A stretch of 64,000 bases of DNA. Source: Rhodosorus marinus CCMP1338 (taxonomy: Eukaryota > Plantae > Rhodophyta). The notes under the pieces are model-generated. The model was not told the DNA's origin. It worked only from the letters and a program-made list of their open reading frames with translations, and ran no database searches. Within the stretch, counting starts at the first letter, position 1, and each line of letters starts with the position of its first letter. The stretch lies in the NCBI GenBank assembly GCA_029953675.1, contig JAMWBK010000001.1:2356001-2420000 (forward strand). Reading direction: 5' to 3'. Positions 33,590 to 44,198 of the stretch are shown piece by piece. The translations under genes and the position numbers were made by a program.

Positions 33590-34210
33590 AAATACATCCT
33601 GAGCGAATACTTGACAAGGTATTCGCTCAGGCGTAGTGTTGCGCTGCAGTAGGCAGCTGCCCAGTAAAGCTTACGGTTACTCGGTCGAGGTGGAATCGGC
33701 ACTGCCTACACCCAAGTCCAATAAAGCCCTAATAAACCACTACCCAGATCGGTCAATGCTCGTGGATCAGGCAATGTTAGTTCCGGCAGGTGAGATGGAT
33801 TTTGGAACGACGGTATGCTGAGAGCATGGCCAATCTGCCCTACGCCGAGGGTCGCTCCCACCGGTTCCAGCCTTTCATTGTGGAAAGCTTTGGTCATGTG
33901 GATAAGTCGGGTTTAGAGTGGTTGCGGAAATGTTTCGCTGAGCATCCTATTGAGTACTTGGCGCTTTTACGGCGTTTGAGTGCCGCCCTGTGGCGATATT
34001 CTAGCAGCATGCTTGCCGAGGCGCGCCATCGGCGCCTGCGTTTGCACGCTTCCCTCCCTAGTTCTTAGTTCCTTTTCACGCCTTGCGTAGCGCTTCAGGC
34101 TATGCTAATAAGCCCAGTAAAGGCCAACACAGTGCCGCTCACGCAATCTTGCTCAACTCTCCCTCACACCGCCTACCACCGCCGCTCGGCTTCGCGGCAT
34201 GGGAGGCCAG
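33590..34210 (+). mobile_element. D-subfamily 3' fragment with an internal tail-like insert (~33707-33737), followed head-to-tail by a second internal fragment (34117-34210)
   Basis: AEGRSHRFQPFIVESFG...LHASLPSS plus tail; after AGTAAAGGCC the sequence resumes aacacagtgccgctcacgcaatcttgctcaac. Confidence 0.85.
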
Positions 34211-35165
34211 GGGTTGCATCGCGCGCCTCCAATCATCAAAGCACGCTTTGTTCGTCGCAACAGGAAAAGAGTGGCAAAAGTCAAGCCGGTTTGAAAAGCA
34301 AGGAGAACCATTCGGGGTGCTCACGGAACAATGGGAGCCAAGTGAGTCTATAAACTGGATCTCTCAGGAGCGCAAAGTTGACGACAAGTTCTCCTGCGAG
34401 CCGATACAATCGACAGCTATGCCGAACTGCAGCTCGCTTTAGGATGCATGCCATGTTCAAGGATGTTAATGTCCGGAAACGATTTCCTCTATACTTTACT
34501 CGGGGAAGTTTGCTTTGCGCTATACTCGGTAACTGCGGTAAAGCATACACCAAATGTACCAACCGATGGGCCAAAGCCTGGCAAATCCATCTTGAAATCT
34601 CTAGGTAGTTCGCAGCGGCTAGTTTATCCCAACCCCAGGCATAGAGAGATCCGCCCTTCAAATCCTCTCGCCGATGGGGAAAAGGGTAGGGAATTTTGTC
34701 AGTCGCTGAGAGATAATGGGAACCCCCCCCCGGGGCTCCTCAGCCGAGCCCGGTCACGCAGAGATGAGACGACCTGCGCAAAAACTAGGCGGTAGGCAGC
34801 ACGGTGGAAGTTCGGAGACTGTGTTTTGCAACTCATCCGAACGTGAGTGGACACGACTGCCAGTGACCTGAAAACTTAACCAAATGAGTGGGGTTCTACT
34901 CTTCCATTGTCACAATGGGATTGATCCGGTACAAAACTTGAGTCGGTAAGACCTCGGTTTCAGAGTTGCGGGCTCCGCGAAAGACAGACCGAGCCAATCA
35001 GGAAGAAATGGGACAGTGTATATCCGTTGAATGAATATGTTTACTTGGAGACAAAGAAAACAACCATAGAGGAAGAAAAGAAAGAGCACTGAAAGTATTG
35101 AAGCCGCAAGTAGCCGGGGTAGCATGGGTTAGCAATGCGGTCCCTCGGCAAGCATAAGTGGTTGT

Positions 35166-35594
35166 TCAAGCAGCAGGCCCCGGGTTATAATACGCCAACG
35201 GTGCTTGAGCGTAGGCTGGAACGTAGGTTAGCAGTGCTGGACCGTAGGGTGCTGGACCGTAGGGTGCTGGACCGTAGGGTGCTGGACCGTAGGGTGCTGG
35301 ACCGCTGGGTGCTGGACCGTAGAATGCTGGGCCGCTGGGTGCTGGACCGCTGGGTACTCCACCGTAGGGTACTCCACCGTAGGGCTTGGGTACTGCGCCG
35401 TACGCACCGTAGGATGCTGCAGGTTGGGGTATAAATTGCCGTTGAGCCGCGTTCAGTGCTGCTTCCCGTTCAGCTGGATCGATTCCTGCTGCCTTCCGTT
35501 CAACCGGCTCCGCTTCTGGCACCATTACCGCCTCTCCCATTAGCATTCCAAAGGACAGCGCCAAAAGGGCCAATGCTGCAACCGTCATCTTCAT
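35166..35594 (-). CDS. Secreted Tyr/Gly/Pro/Ala-rich repeat protein, (YGPAP)n (142 aa)
   Basis: Signal peptide MKMTVAALALLALSFG; 15-bp coding tandem repeat at ~35230-35385; Kozak-like AAACATG; TATATAAA ~150 bp upstream (35744-35751). Confidence 0.85.
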   Translation of the reverse strand: MKMTVAALALLALSFGMLMGEAVMVPEAEPVERKAAGIDPAEREAALNAAQRQFIPQPAASYGAYGAVPKPYGGVPYGGVPSGPAPSGPAFYGPAPSGPAPYGPAPYGPAPYGPAPYGPALLTYVPAYAQAPLAYYNPGPAA

Positions 35595-36537
35595 GTTTAC
35601 TTCTTAACTGGTGGTGGCTTGACTACTTCCTTCCTGTTCAGCTTCCTTCCGATTCCTTATCGCTACACTTCTCGCTGAGAAACAAGTGATAGTCGATGCC
35701 TGCTACTCGACCACCATTTGCACTGACTTAGCTCTTCCAACACTTTATATACTCTTTCACGTAGTCTTCGAGTCTGAAGCCAGCAGCTGGAAAAGCCAAG
35801 ATTGCTCGTGTATAGCCCATTCTTTGGGGGCGCTAGTGGAACAACGAAGTTTCATCAGCAATCACGGAAAATATTCGAAAGTGAGCTATTAGATACTTTG
35901 GCTACATTTCCTGTGACTTTGGATCGCAAAAAACGTCGATTCGAGCCGCCCCTGGCACAGCACTCATCCAACTGACCCCCATCGTACTGACCAGGTCTGT
36001 TCCCGTTGAAACCTCTCCTCTGGGGGGGCTGTGGAACACACAAAGTTCATCAGTAATCGAGAAAAGAATTGCGAGTTAGCTCTTGTACGCTCTGGATACA
36101 TAAATTGTAACTTTGGGATTGAAATAGAAGCCCGAGCCAATGATCGCTCGTACAACAATCGTTGAAGCGCGACTCTCACCGGGTAACAACAGCTAGGATC
36201 GTTTGTTGGATGCACTGTACAACCGACAGCGTTGCGGACCAAATAATAATCTATCGATCGTTTCAAGTTCATCGATCTAATTACCTGGCTAGAGCGAAAG
36301 AATGTCGGGAAAAATTGAGTGCGGAACTGTCAGGAAATTGTGGAACAGAGAAGTTACATAATTAATTGCAATAGAGACTCCGAATTTGTCCGTTAGATAC
36401 CGCAAGTTGGATCTCTTGCAACCTGGGTTTGGCATAAAAGTGGTATAAAATCCCCGAATTCACAACATTTACTGAATATACTGCTAGCGGTGTGTCGACG
36501 GGTCCGACGTTTAAGGGCAGAAAAGAGCTTAAAACTG

Positions 36538-36584
36538 GACTTTACTGGACTTTAGCCTGAAGTTTTTTTTTTTTTTTTTTTTTC
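36538..36584 (-). mobile_element. B-type tail micro-insertion preceded by A21
   Basis: Minus strand G-A21-cttcaggctaaagtccagtaaagtc; TSD AGAGC(T/A)TAAAACTG at 36524-36537 and 36585-36598. Confidence 0.8.
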
Positions 36585-36938
36585 AGAGCATAAAACTGAC
36601 GGGCTCGAGAGAAAGACAGACTGACAGTTGCGAGTTTCATCGTTCCAGTCAGGAAGCTACTCCCTGAGTGGCTCCCTGTGACACTCACACTCCAAAAATA
36701 GCTCACTGGTCACAAAACTCATCTTGAAATTCGTATCAAACTAATCTCTATCTCACCTCACCACATCCGATGACCGCATCAGCCATCTCTCGGCTACCCC
36801 AACGGTCTTCGGATTTCCACCCATCCGCCGCGACTCGGTAAGCGACTCGGGTGGTGACTCAACGTGGCACCATAACTCACCCGTAAAAGAAAATTGGACA
36901 CTACGTAATTTTCTGGAATATAAGATTAACTTATACAA

Positions 36939-37404
36939 CGAGCGAATGGTTTAATCGGAGGCTGAAAAAAAAAACCCCGAGGAGAAAAAAAGACTAAGCG
37001 CGGCGAAGTACTCGCGCCTCCAACATCGAACGAATGGTTTAATCGGAGGCTGAAAAAAAAACCCCGAGGGGAAAAAAAGACTAAGCGCGGCGAAGTACTC
37101 GCGCCTCCAACATCAAAGCGGCATTCATGCGCCACAGCAGGAAACTTAAGCGGGTAAACAACGATTGAAGACGGTCAGGGCGTTCGCGGAACAACTCCCG
37201 AAGCCAGCGAGAACCAACAGAGTCCATGAACAAAGCGGCATTCATGCGCCACAGCAGGAAACTTAAGCGGGTAAACAACGATTGAAGACGGTTAGGGCGT
37301 TCGCGGAACAACTCCCGAAGCCAGCGAGAACCAACAGAGTCCATGAACCCAAAGCACTCAATGATCAGGGGTACCAAGCGATGTGCTAGTGCCGAAGCAC
37401 GAAT
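36939..37404 (-). mobile_element. Family A 3' fragment containing a second nested family A 3' fragment (37027-37230)
   Basis: Outer TSD ACTTATACAA at 36929-36938 and 37405-37414; removing 37027-37230 restores contiguous gccgctttg|atgttggagg. Confidence 0.92.
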
Positions 37405-37744
37405 ACTTATACAAGGGGTTCTTCTCCAATGTACTTCCTAAATACATTCATTCGATCGCACAGGTTCCGGATCACATCCAAATCGAACCAATCAGTGGTG
37501 ATGGTGGGGTGGTTACGTTGTGGCCGCTGCAGTAGGTAGCTCTCGGATAAAAACTACGGGGTTACGTTAGGCTGCGGTGAGATTAGCTGCGCAGTGGTAG
37601 GTAGCTGCCAAAGAAGGGCTACCGGGTTGTGAACCAGTCAGTATCTCAGCTCTCCTCGCTGATCACCCGTTTGAAGTCCTGATATGACGTATCGCGAAAC
37701 ACACATTCCAAAATTGAGCCCTCATATGCTCCGTTGGTACTACT

Positions 37745-38264
37745 GGACTTTACTAGCATAGCCTGAAGCGCTACGCAAGGCGTGAAGATGAACTAATAAC
37801 TAGGGAGGGAAGCATGCAACCCCAGGCGCCGATGGCGCGCCTCGGAAAGCATGTCGCTGGAATATCGCCAAAGGGAGACACTTAAACGCCTCAAGAGCGC
37901 CAAATATTCAGTAGGATGCTCAGCAAAACATTTCCGCAACCACTCTAAACCCGACTTATCGACGTGACCAAAGCTTTCCACAATGAATGGCTGGAACCGG
38001 TGAGAGCGACCCTCAGCGCAAGGCAGACTGGCCATGCTCTCAGCATACCGTCGTTCCTTAACTCTTCGAAGGGCTGAAGCCGCGGCCCCCCGGCGGCGGG
38101 CGGCTGCGGTGAGGTGGGCGCTGGCCACGGGGCAGGTAATCGCAAGGTCCACATATGTTGAGCGCCTGGCAGCAGCGTCGGAGACGAGGAGATCGGCTAT
38201 ACAACGGGGCGGTGCAGAGTCCGAGATGGATCTGGGCAGTTCCGACTCAACCTCAACCGTATGC
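37745..38264 (-). mobile_element. Family B 5'-truncated copy (520 bp)
   Basis: Matches 43483-44002; no convincing TSD. Confidence 0.95.
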
Positions 38265-38886
38265 TACCATAGCACTAAGCGGCTGGGGGCGCGTTGCGCA
38301 CTAGTTGCTATGAAAAAGAAGCGTACAATCCAAGGGGCGCTAGTATGCTGCTGGAGCGCAATAAGCCGAAACTGAACCGATGAGTAGGAGTACTCAGCAG
38401 AGTGGTCAGCAAATATTTTGCGCAGGCACCCCAAGCTTGACTTTTGAAGATTTTAAAAGCTTTTCCAAAGTGAAACGCTATATTTGCACCGGGCCATATG
38501 TTGACTATGTTTCTTTTCAAGTCACCTTTGGTTGAAATAAAAGTCAGATCGAATTGCCGCATCTGCAACATTATTGTTGAATATTATTAAGGGCCATCTA
38601 AACTGATCCGACGTTGAAAAAGCAAAACCGACAACCTCAATAGCCATCTATCGGTACCCGAGAGACGTTGGGGTTCCATCAAAGGGTGAGCAGCGACCGG
38701 CTCGGTTTGAGTACCCTCTTTGACGCCACACCCCAACCGCTATCTTAACGAGCACGACCAATTTCTCATCAAGTTCACATCAACACAGTCAGTATCTCAG
38801 ACCACTACATTGGTCGGAATGACCAGCCATCTATTGGTGTCAACTATCGTGCACCCATAAGGAGTGTCTACCGTCCAACCGGCTTA

Positions 38887-38946
38887 CGGGTTGTACCCGG
38901 AAGCCGTGGTACCCCGAACCCGTTGTACCCCGAACCCGTTGTACCC
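38887..38946 (+). repeat. 16-bp minisatellite (left part), unit ~GCCGTTGTACCCCGAA
   Basis: Four degenerate units; same unit as 44013-44198. Confidence 0.8.
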
Positions 38947-39078
38947 TTTGATCTTTGCGCACGGGCAATGTCTCTCAAGTGAGGTTCTACCGATGAGCGA
39001 CTATTGCTGGTTGAAAACTATTCCAACCGCGCCCGTTCACTACATGTGACCGTGGCAATTTTTGGCTACAACTCTCCC

Positions 39079-39199
39079 CCAGCGACATGCTTTCCGAGGC
39101 GCGCCATCGGCGCCTGGGGTTGCATGCTTCCCTCCCTAGTTATTAGTTCATCTTCACGCCTTGCGTAGCGCTTCAGGCTATGCTAGTAAAGTCCAGTTG
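39079..39199 (+). mobile_element. Family B 3' fragment that hosts the full-length copy
   Basis: Matches 43886-44002; its tail supplies the left TSD. Confidence 0.95.
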
Positions 39200-39442
39200 A
39201 GTTGTCGAGGATTGGGGTTTTGTTTCTTTTTCGGTCGCGAGCGTGTTCGTTTACGGGAAACGCTTCCTCTGGTACGCCTTCCCCTCGATTTTCCGCGGGG
39301 CGTCGTTTGCATTTGCAACTACTTCTGTCTTCCGGGTGGGTGAGTTGCGGGGCCTTTCCTATTTGGGTTGGGTTTGGTCGATTATTCTCTCGGTGCGGTT
39401 TCATATTAGTGGTGCAACGTTTCCTTGGCGGATTCCCTCAGG

Positions 39443-40852
39443 ATGGTAGGGATATCTCCGCACTCGACGGAGCCTCCTCCCAAGGAGGCACTGCCAGGTG
39501 GGGGACTCCGTGTTCGCCTCAGCTGCGGCACGTTTTCTTCCGAGGTTGACTTGGAAGGCGCTTCTGGCACCCAGGCGCGTTCACTTATCTCCGCTGTCAC
39601 CAGCCTGATCACGGCTGCGAGTGATCGTGGAGTGCTCCCTCAGCTCACCCAGAAGCTAGGTGGGCTGGAATCGGGATTGCTGGCCAGGTCAAATTCAAAT
39701 TCGGACGAGAATTTGAATTGCCCCAGAGTGGCAGCGTTGGCTGAAGGCAGTCAACATCCGGTCAATCAACATGAACCTGTCCCGGGACAGGCGAGGGCTG
39801 TTGCTTCTGCGCGGGACAGTACGACGTTGGGGAGCGGCAGGCCGGGCCAAAACGCGCTTCAGCGCTCGGGGACTCGAGGCAATGGTGGTGGTGACTGTGC
39901 GGCAACCGGTGTGGAGGAGACTGCAGCTGTGGACTTCCCTCTCTTGGACCAGCCCTCAGGTGGTCACCAGCTCCCGGCTACTTCGGGGGCACGTGGTGGC
40001 CGCAACGGGGGCGCTTCGTACGCATCAGTCTTGCGGAAGGGCACCACTGCCACACGTACGGCGGCTATGCTCCGTTTCATACCATCTCGCGAGCCTCAGG
40101 ATGGACCTGTGGAGACCACTCTCCAATTTCTGTGGGTGCGAAATGTCCGGCCCCAGACTACACGAGGACAGGTTCCGTCTATGCGAGACTTCCGGGACAC
40201 TTTTGCGGAATCGTTAGGGTGCAGCAGGGGTGATTTCTTCTTCGCAAACTATGAGGGCCGCGATGTGCTGTTTTTGGTCTCCGCAACCGCCGCCAAGTAC
40301 CTGGAGGCCTTGCTGGCGAAGCCTACCGAGCAGTGGCCTGAGAGCGCCCGGTGGCTGCGCTGCAACCCGCAGGTGGTTTTGCACTTCGATTTTGACCGTT
40401 TCTCGGGCAATTTCCTGTCTCCGGGAGAAACGGCAGGGCTCTCTGAGCATGAGAGCAGCGTGAAGGCGGCAGCGATCCATTGGCTACGGATTCAGCGCCT
40501 TGAGAGGATCTTGTTGGCGCGGTTCCGGTCGGGCCCTCGTCACCTGCGCATGGCGGTTTCCAGTTTCTTCGATCTGGAGAGGCGACTTGTGCTGACTTCG
40601 CGCTACAAGACAGAGCTGCAGCGGGTGGGGATTTTGGAGGGCTCTGCTTCCAGCACTACTTCCAGCGAGAGTGGTGAGGCAGGGGAGCAGACTGAGGGCA
40701 TGGCGGTGGAGGACGCCCAGGTTACTTTGCTGAAGCCCGCGGGATCCGTTCCGCGAGCCTCGCGGAGTGGGAGGCTCACGACTTTGGTGCGGATAGGAGG
40801 TAAGAGAGCGAGGACCGACTCCCCCGGGTCTAAGGGGGAGAAGCACGATTAG
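39443..40852 (+). CDS. Family B ORF1 (469 aa), intact
   Basis: ATG 39443 (MVGISPH); homologous to A and D ORF1; basic C-terminal GGKRART. Confidence 0.88.
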   Translation: MVGISPHSTEPPPKEALPGGGLRVRLSCGTFSSEVDLEGASGTQARSLISAVTSLITAASDRGVLPQLTQKLGGLESGLLARSNSNSDENLNCPRVAALAEGSQHPVNQHEPVPGQARAVASARDSTTLGSGRPGQNALQRSGTRGNGGGDCAATGVEETAAVDFPLLDQPSGGHQLPATSGARGGRNGGASYASVLRKGTTATRTAAMLRFIPSREPQDGPVETTLQFLWVRNVRPQTTRGQVPSMRDFRDTFAESLGCSRGDFFFANYEGRDVLFLVSATAAKYLEALLAKPTEQWPESARWLRCNPQVVLHFDFDRFSGNFLSPGETAGLSEHESSVKAAAIHWLRIQRLERILLARFRSGPRHLRMAVSSFFDLERRLVLTSRYKTELQRVGILEGSASSTTSSESGEAGEQTEGMAVEDAQVTLLKPAGSVPRASRSGRLTTLVRIGGKRARTDSPGSKGEKHD

Positions 40853-40883
40853 CGCTCCAGGCACGGCTGCGAGGTCGCAGCCT

Positions 40884-43800
40884 ATGGATCTACAGTCTTA
40901 TGTCCTGAAGGAGGGCGGAGACTGGGGCATTTGGCGTACGCGTTTTCGGAGTTGGCTCCGGCGGTGGATTTCTTTGGAAGGAGGCTCGCTTCCCCTCCGT
41001 GGGGGCATTCCCCCAGTCGTCCTTCCTCGTGGAGACCTTCTGGTAGCTGGAACCATTCTCGATTTCATCTTCACGAGCCTGGCTCGCAACATTCGGGACA
41101 CAGTCATTTGGGTTTTTCTGGGGTCATGCCGCGCATGATTCTGGCCCCCATTCACACATCGGAGCGCAGATGGCGAGTACGAGACCGACTGGCCCTGTTC
41201 TTGAAGGGAGACTTCGAAGTACTACAGCGCAGCTATTTGGCGTCGTCAGCACCATCCGCCCGTCGGACTCGGCATGGCACAGTGTCGCCCGTGCCAGCTC
41301 GAGTACAGAAATTGGTAGCAGTGGGCGATTTAAGTCGAGCGGCGCGGGTTTTGGAGGGCCAGGCGCCTGTCCTCCCCTACGATGATAGTCTCGCCCAGAC
41401 GGTGTCGTCTTTGTTCCCTGAGTCCGACGTGGATTTGTCCCCTGAATTCGAGGTATTCTTGGACCGTCCGGAGTTGGCCAGGTTTCGCATCGATCTGACG
41501 CTCAGTGAGTCTGACCTGGAGGATTTGCTTCGTACCTCGCGTCGGGGACGCTGTCCTGGACCCTCCGGACTAAGAACAGAGCTATTGCAGGCCCTGAGCC
41601 AGCCTGGCCAGAGCGCGCTTCTGAGGATCCTTAACAAGTTGTTCCAGGGCGTATCGGGTGCGTCCGCGCCATGGGAACATCTCCGGCAGGCACAGCTTTG
41701 CTTGCTCACGAAACCTGACCACCAGCCGGCCCACCCGCGTCTCCGGCCGATCGGGATGGTGGAGAGCCTACGGAAGTTAGCCGGGAGGTGGCTATGCCAG
41801 CGCCTTCGCCAGCGCGTCACAGCTTTTATGGCGCCCTTGCAAGTAGGGGTGGGATTTTCTGGGGGTTGCGAACTGATCACCCATGGGATCGAGCTAGAAC
41901 GCGCCAGTAGGCCGGAGTGGGGAGTCTTGGTGGTTGATTTCCGGAACGCATTCAACAGCGTGTCGCGGACGCATGCGCTAGAGGTGCTCCGACGTGTGTT
42001 TCCGGAGGCGTGGCCGTTTCTATCGGGTATTTACGGAGGGGAGAGCCTCCCCTACTTGACAACGGAGGGCACTGTTTTTCAAGCATATACTGGCGTCCAA
42101 CAAGGCGACCCTTGCGGACCTCTTCTTCATGCCTGTGCCCTACAGCTCGTACTTTTACGTCTTTCGACTGAGGTCTCGGATCTTCGAATCTGCGCGTACC
42201 ACGATGACGTAACATTGCTGGGCACCCCTGACACCCTGGCTAGGGGACTGACCGCGATCGAAGCGATTGCACGTCGCGTCGGTTTGACTGTGGAAACAGA
42301 AAAATGTCGCTTTCTCCCCCCCGAGGGACGTGTCGCTGAACTCTCTGCCACCCACTCTGCGACTAATCAGCGAACGTGAAGGGTTCGAACACCACGGCGT
42401 CGGATTGGGGACTGACAACTTTGTCCAAGCATCCTGCGAGCGAGTTTTGGCACGGCACAAGCAACTCACCGACGCCATTGAGCACCTACCCGACAGCATG
42501 CTGCAATCGGCGTGCTTGCTTTCCCGCTTTTGTGCCGGTCCCAGACTCAACTACTGGTTGCGCAGCCTGCCTCCAGCTTGGGGCGAGTGGATCGCGGCTA
42601 AAGCCGACGAAATGACCCTGCAACACTGGGGAACGCTCTTGGATGAGCCCCTCGATCTTGAAGCTGCTCCCGACAGGGACTTTATTCGTGCACAGATCGC
42701 TCTACCGTTGCGATTAGGGGATTCGGCGTCGCAGACCGTGGGCTGGTATGCTCGCCAGCGGCGGTTGCCTCCTGGGCTACCGCGCTGCGAACGTTGGTGA
42801 CCTTCCGGATGCGAAGTGCCTGCCTCTTGGCTCGAGCTTTGACCAACGAGGATCCAGTGACCCTGCCGCCCCCGCTTTTGACAATTTATGATGGTCTTCA
42901 ACACGCGTTCAGGAGGTGCAACGCCGTGCCGGACGCAAATCGGTCCCGCTTTCGTTCCTGGAGGGAGCTGTTATGGGGACGAGCTGAAGCGATTGAGGAT
43001 TGTCCCCTCGACCGAGTTCTTGCCGATGACGGAGAGGCTAGCCCCGGGTCCCCTGTTGCAGACTACCCGGGTTTGAGCCGATTGTGGAGCTCCCGCACTG
43101 ATGTGATTCAACATAGCCTCACCTGGGGCCAACACAGTGCCGCTCACACAGTCATGCTCAATTCTCCTCTCACGCCACCTACCACTGCCGCTCGTCTCCG
43201 CGGCATGGGAGGCCACCTCTCGCACTTGTGGTTAACCACTCTACCGTCGTCATTGAGTCATCGTCTCGATGCTTTCCAGTTCCGTTCTGCCGCACGCATC
43301 TATCTCGGTTTGCCACAGGCTCCGTGGCACTCTAATCGGCCGTCTTTCTGTCAGGGATGTGAGAGCCGGATTGACGCTTGTGGCTACCACTTCCTGGGTT
43401 CCTGCGGACTGTTGCGAGGTCTCCGTACGAGGCGTCACACTCGCCTCAAGTACATCCTCAGCGAATTTTTGACTCGGATAGGGCATACGGTTGAGGTTGA
43501 GTCGGAACTGCCCAGATCCATCTCGGACTCTGCACCGCCCCGTTGTATAGCCGATCTCCTCGTCTCCGACGCTGCTGCCAGACGCTCAACATATGTGGAC
43601 CTTGCGATTACCTGCCCCGTGGCCAGCGCCCACCTCACCGCAGCCGCCCGCCGCCGGGGGGCCGCGGCTTCAGCCCTTCGAAGAGTTAAGGAACGACGGT
43701 ATGCTGAGAGCATGGCCAGTCTGCCTTGCGCTGAGGGTCGCTCTCACCGGTTCCAGCCATTCATTGTGGAAAGCTTTGGTCACGTCGATAAGTCGGGTTT

Positions 43801-43954
43801 AGAGTGGTTGCGGAAATGTTTTGCTGAGCATCCTACTGAATATTTGGCGCTCTTGAGGCGTTTAAGTGTCTCCCTTTGGCGATATTCCAGCGACATGCTT
43901 TCCGAGGCGCGCCATCGGCGCCTGGGGTTGCATGCTTCCCTCCCTAGTTATTAG
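40884..43954 (+). pseudogene. Family B ORF2: RT + CCHC + RLE, with single-base frameshifts at ~41120, ~42315 and ~42720 (all in homopolymer runs)
   Basis: MDLQSY... N-terminus homologous to A ORF2; GRCPGPSG, LRPIG, VDFRNAFN, GVQQGDPCGP, AYHDDV, CQGC..H....C, RTRRH, CIADL..YVDLA..KERRY, FQPFIVESFG. Confidence 0.92.
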
Positions 43955-44012
43955 TTCATCTTCACGCCTTGCGTAGCGCTTCAGGCTATGCTAGTAAAGT
44001 CCAGTAAAGTCC

Positions 44013-44198
44013 AGTTGTACCCCGAACCCGTTGTACCTCGAAGCCATTGTACCCCCGAAGCCGTTATGCCCCGAAGTCGTTGTACCTCGAAGCCAGTGTA
44101 CCCCCGAAGCCGTTGTGCCCCGAAGTCGTTGTACCCCCGACGCCATTGTACCCCCGACGCCATTGTACCCCCGACGCCATTGTACCCCCGACAGCCGT
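44013..44198 (+). repeat. 16-17 bp minisatellite (~11 units, GCCRTTGTACCCC(C)GAM)
   Basis: Directly visible tandem units, homogenised toward gccattgtacccccgac at the right end. Confidence 0.93.

Larger units (their letters stand above)
39200..44002 (+). mobile_element. Full-length family B non-LTR retrotransposon
   Basis: TSD AGTAAAGTCCAGTTG at 39185-39199 and 44003-44017; ORF1 + RT-CCHC-RLE; tail AGTAAAGTCC. Confidence 0.96.

Noticed and set aside
44013-44198. CRISPR-like array
   Set aside because: Units abut with no unique spacers, there are no cas genes and the context is eukaryotic; it is a minisatellite. The same applies to the 43-bp repeat at 14435.
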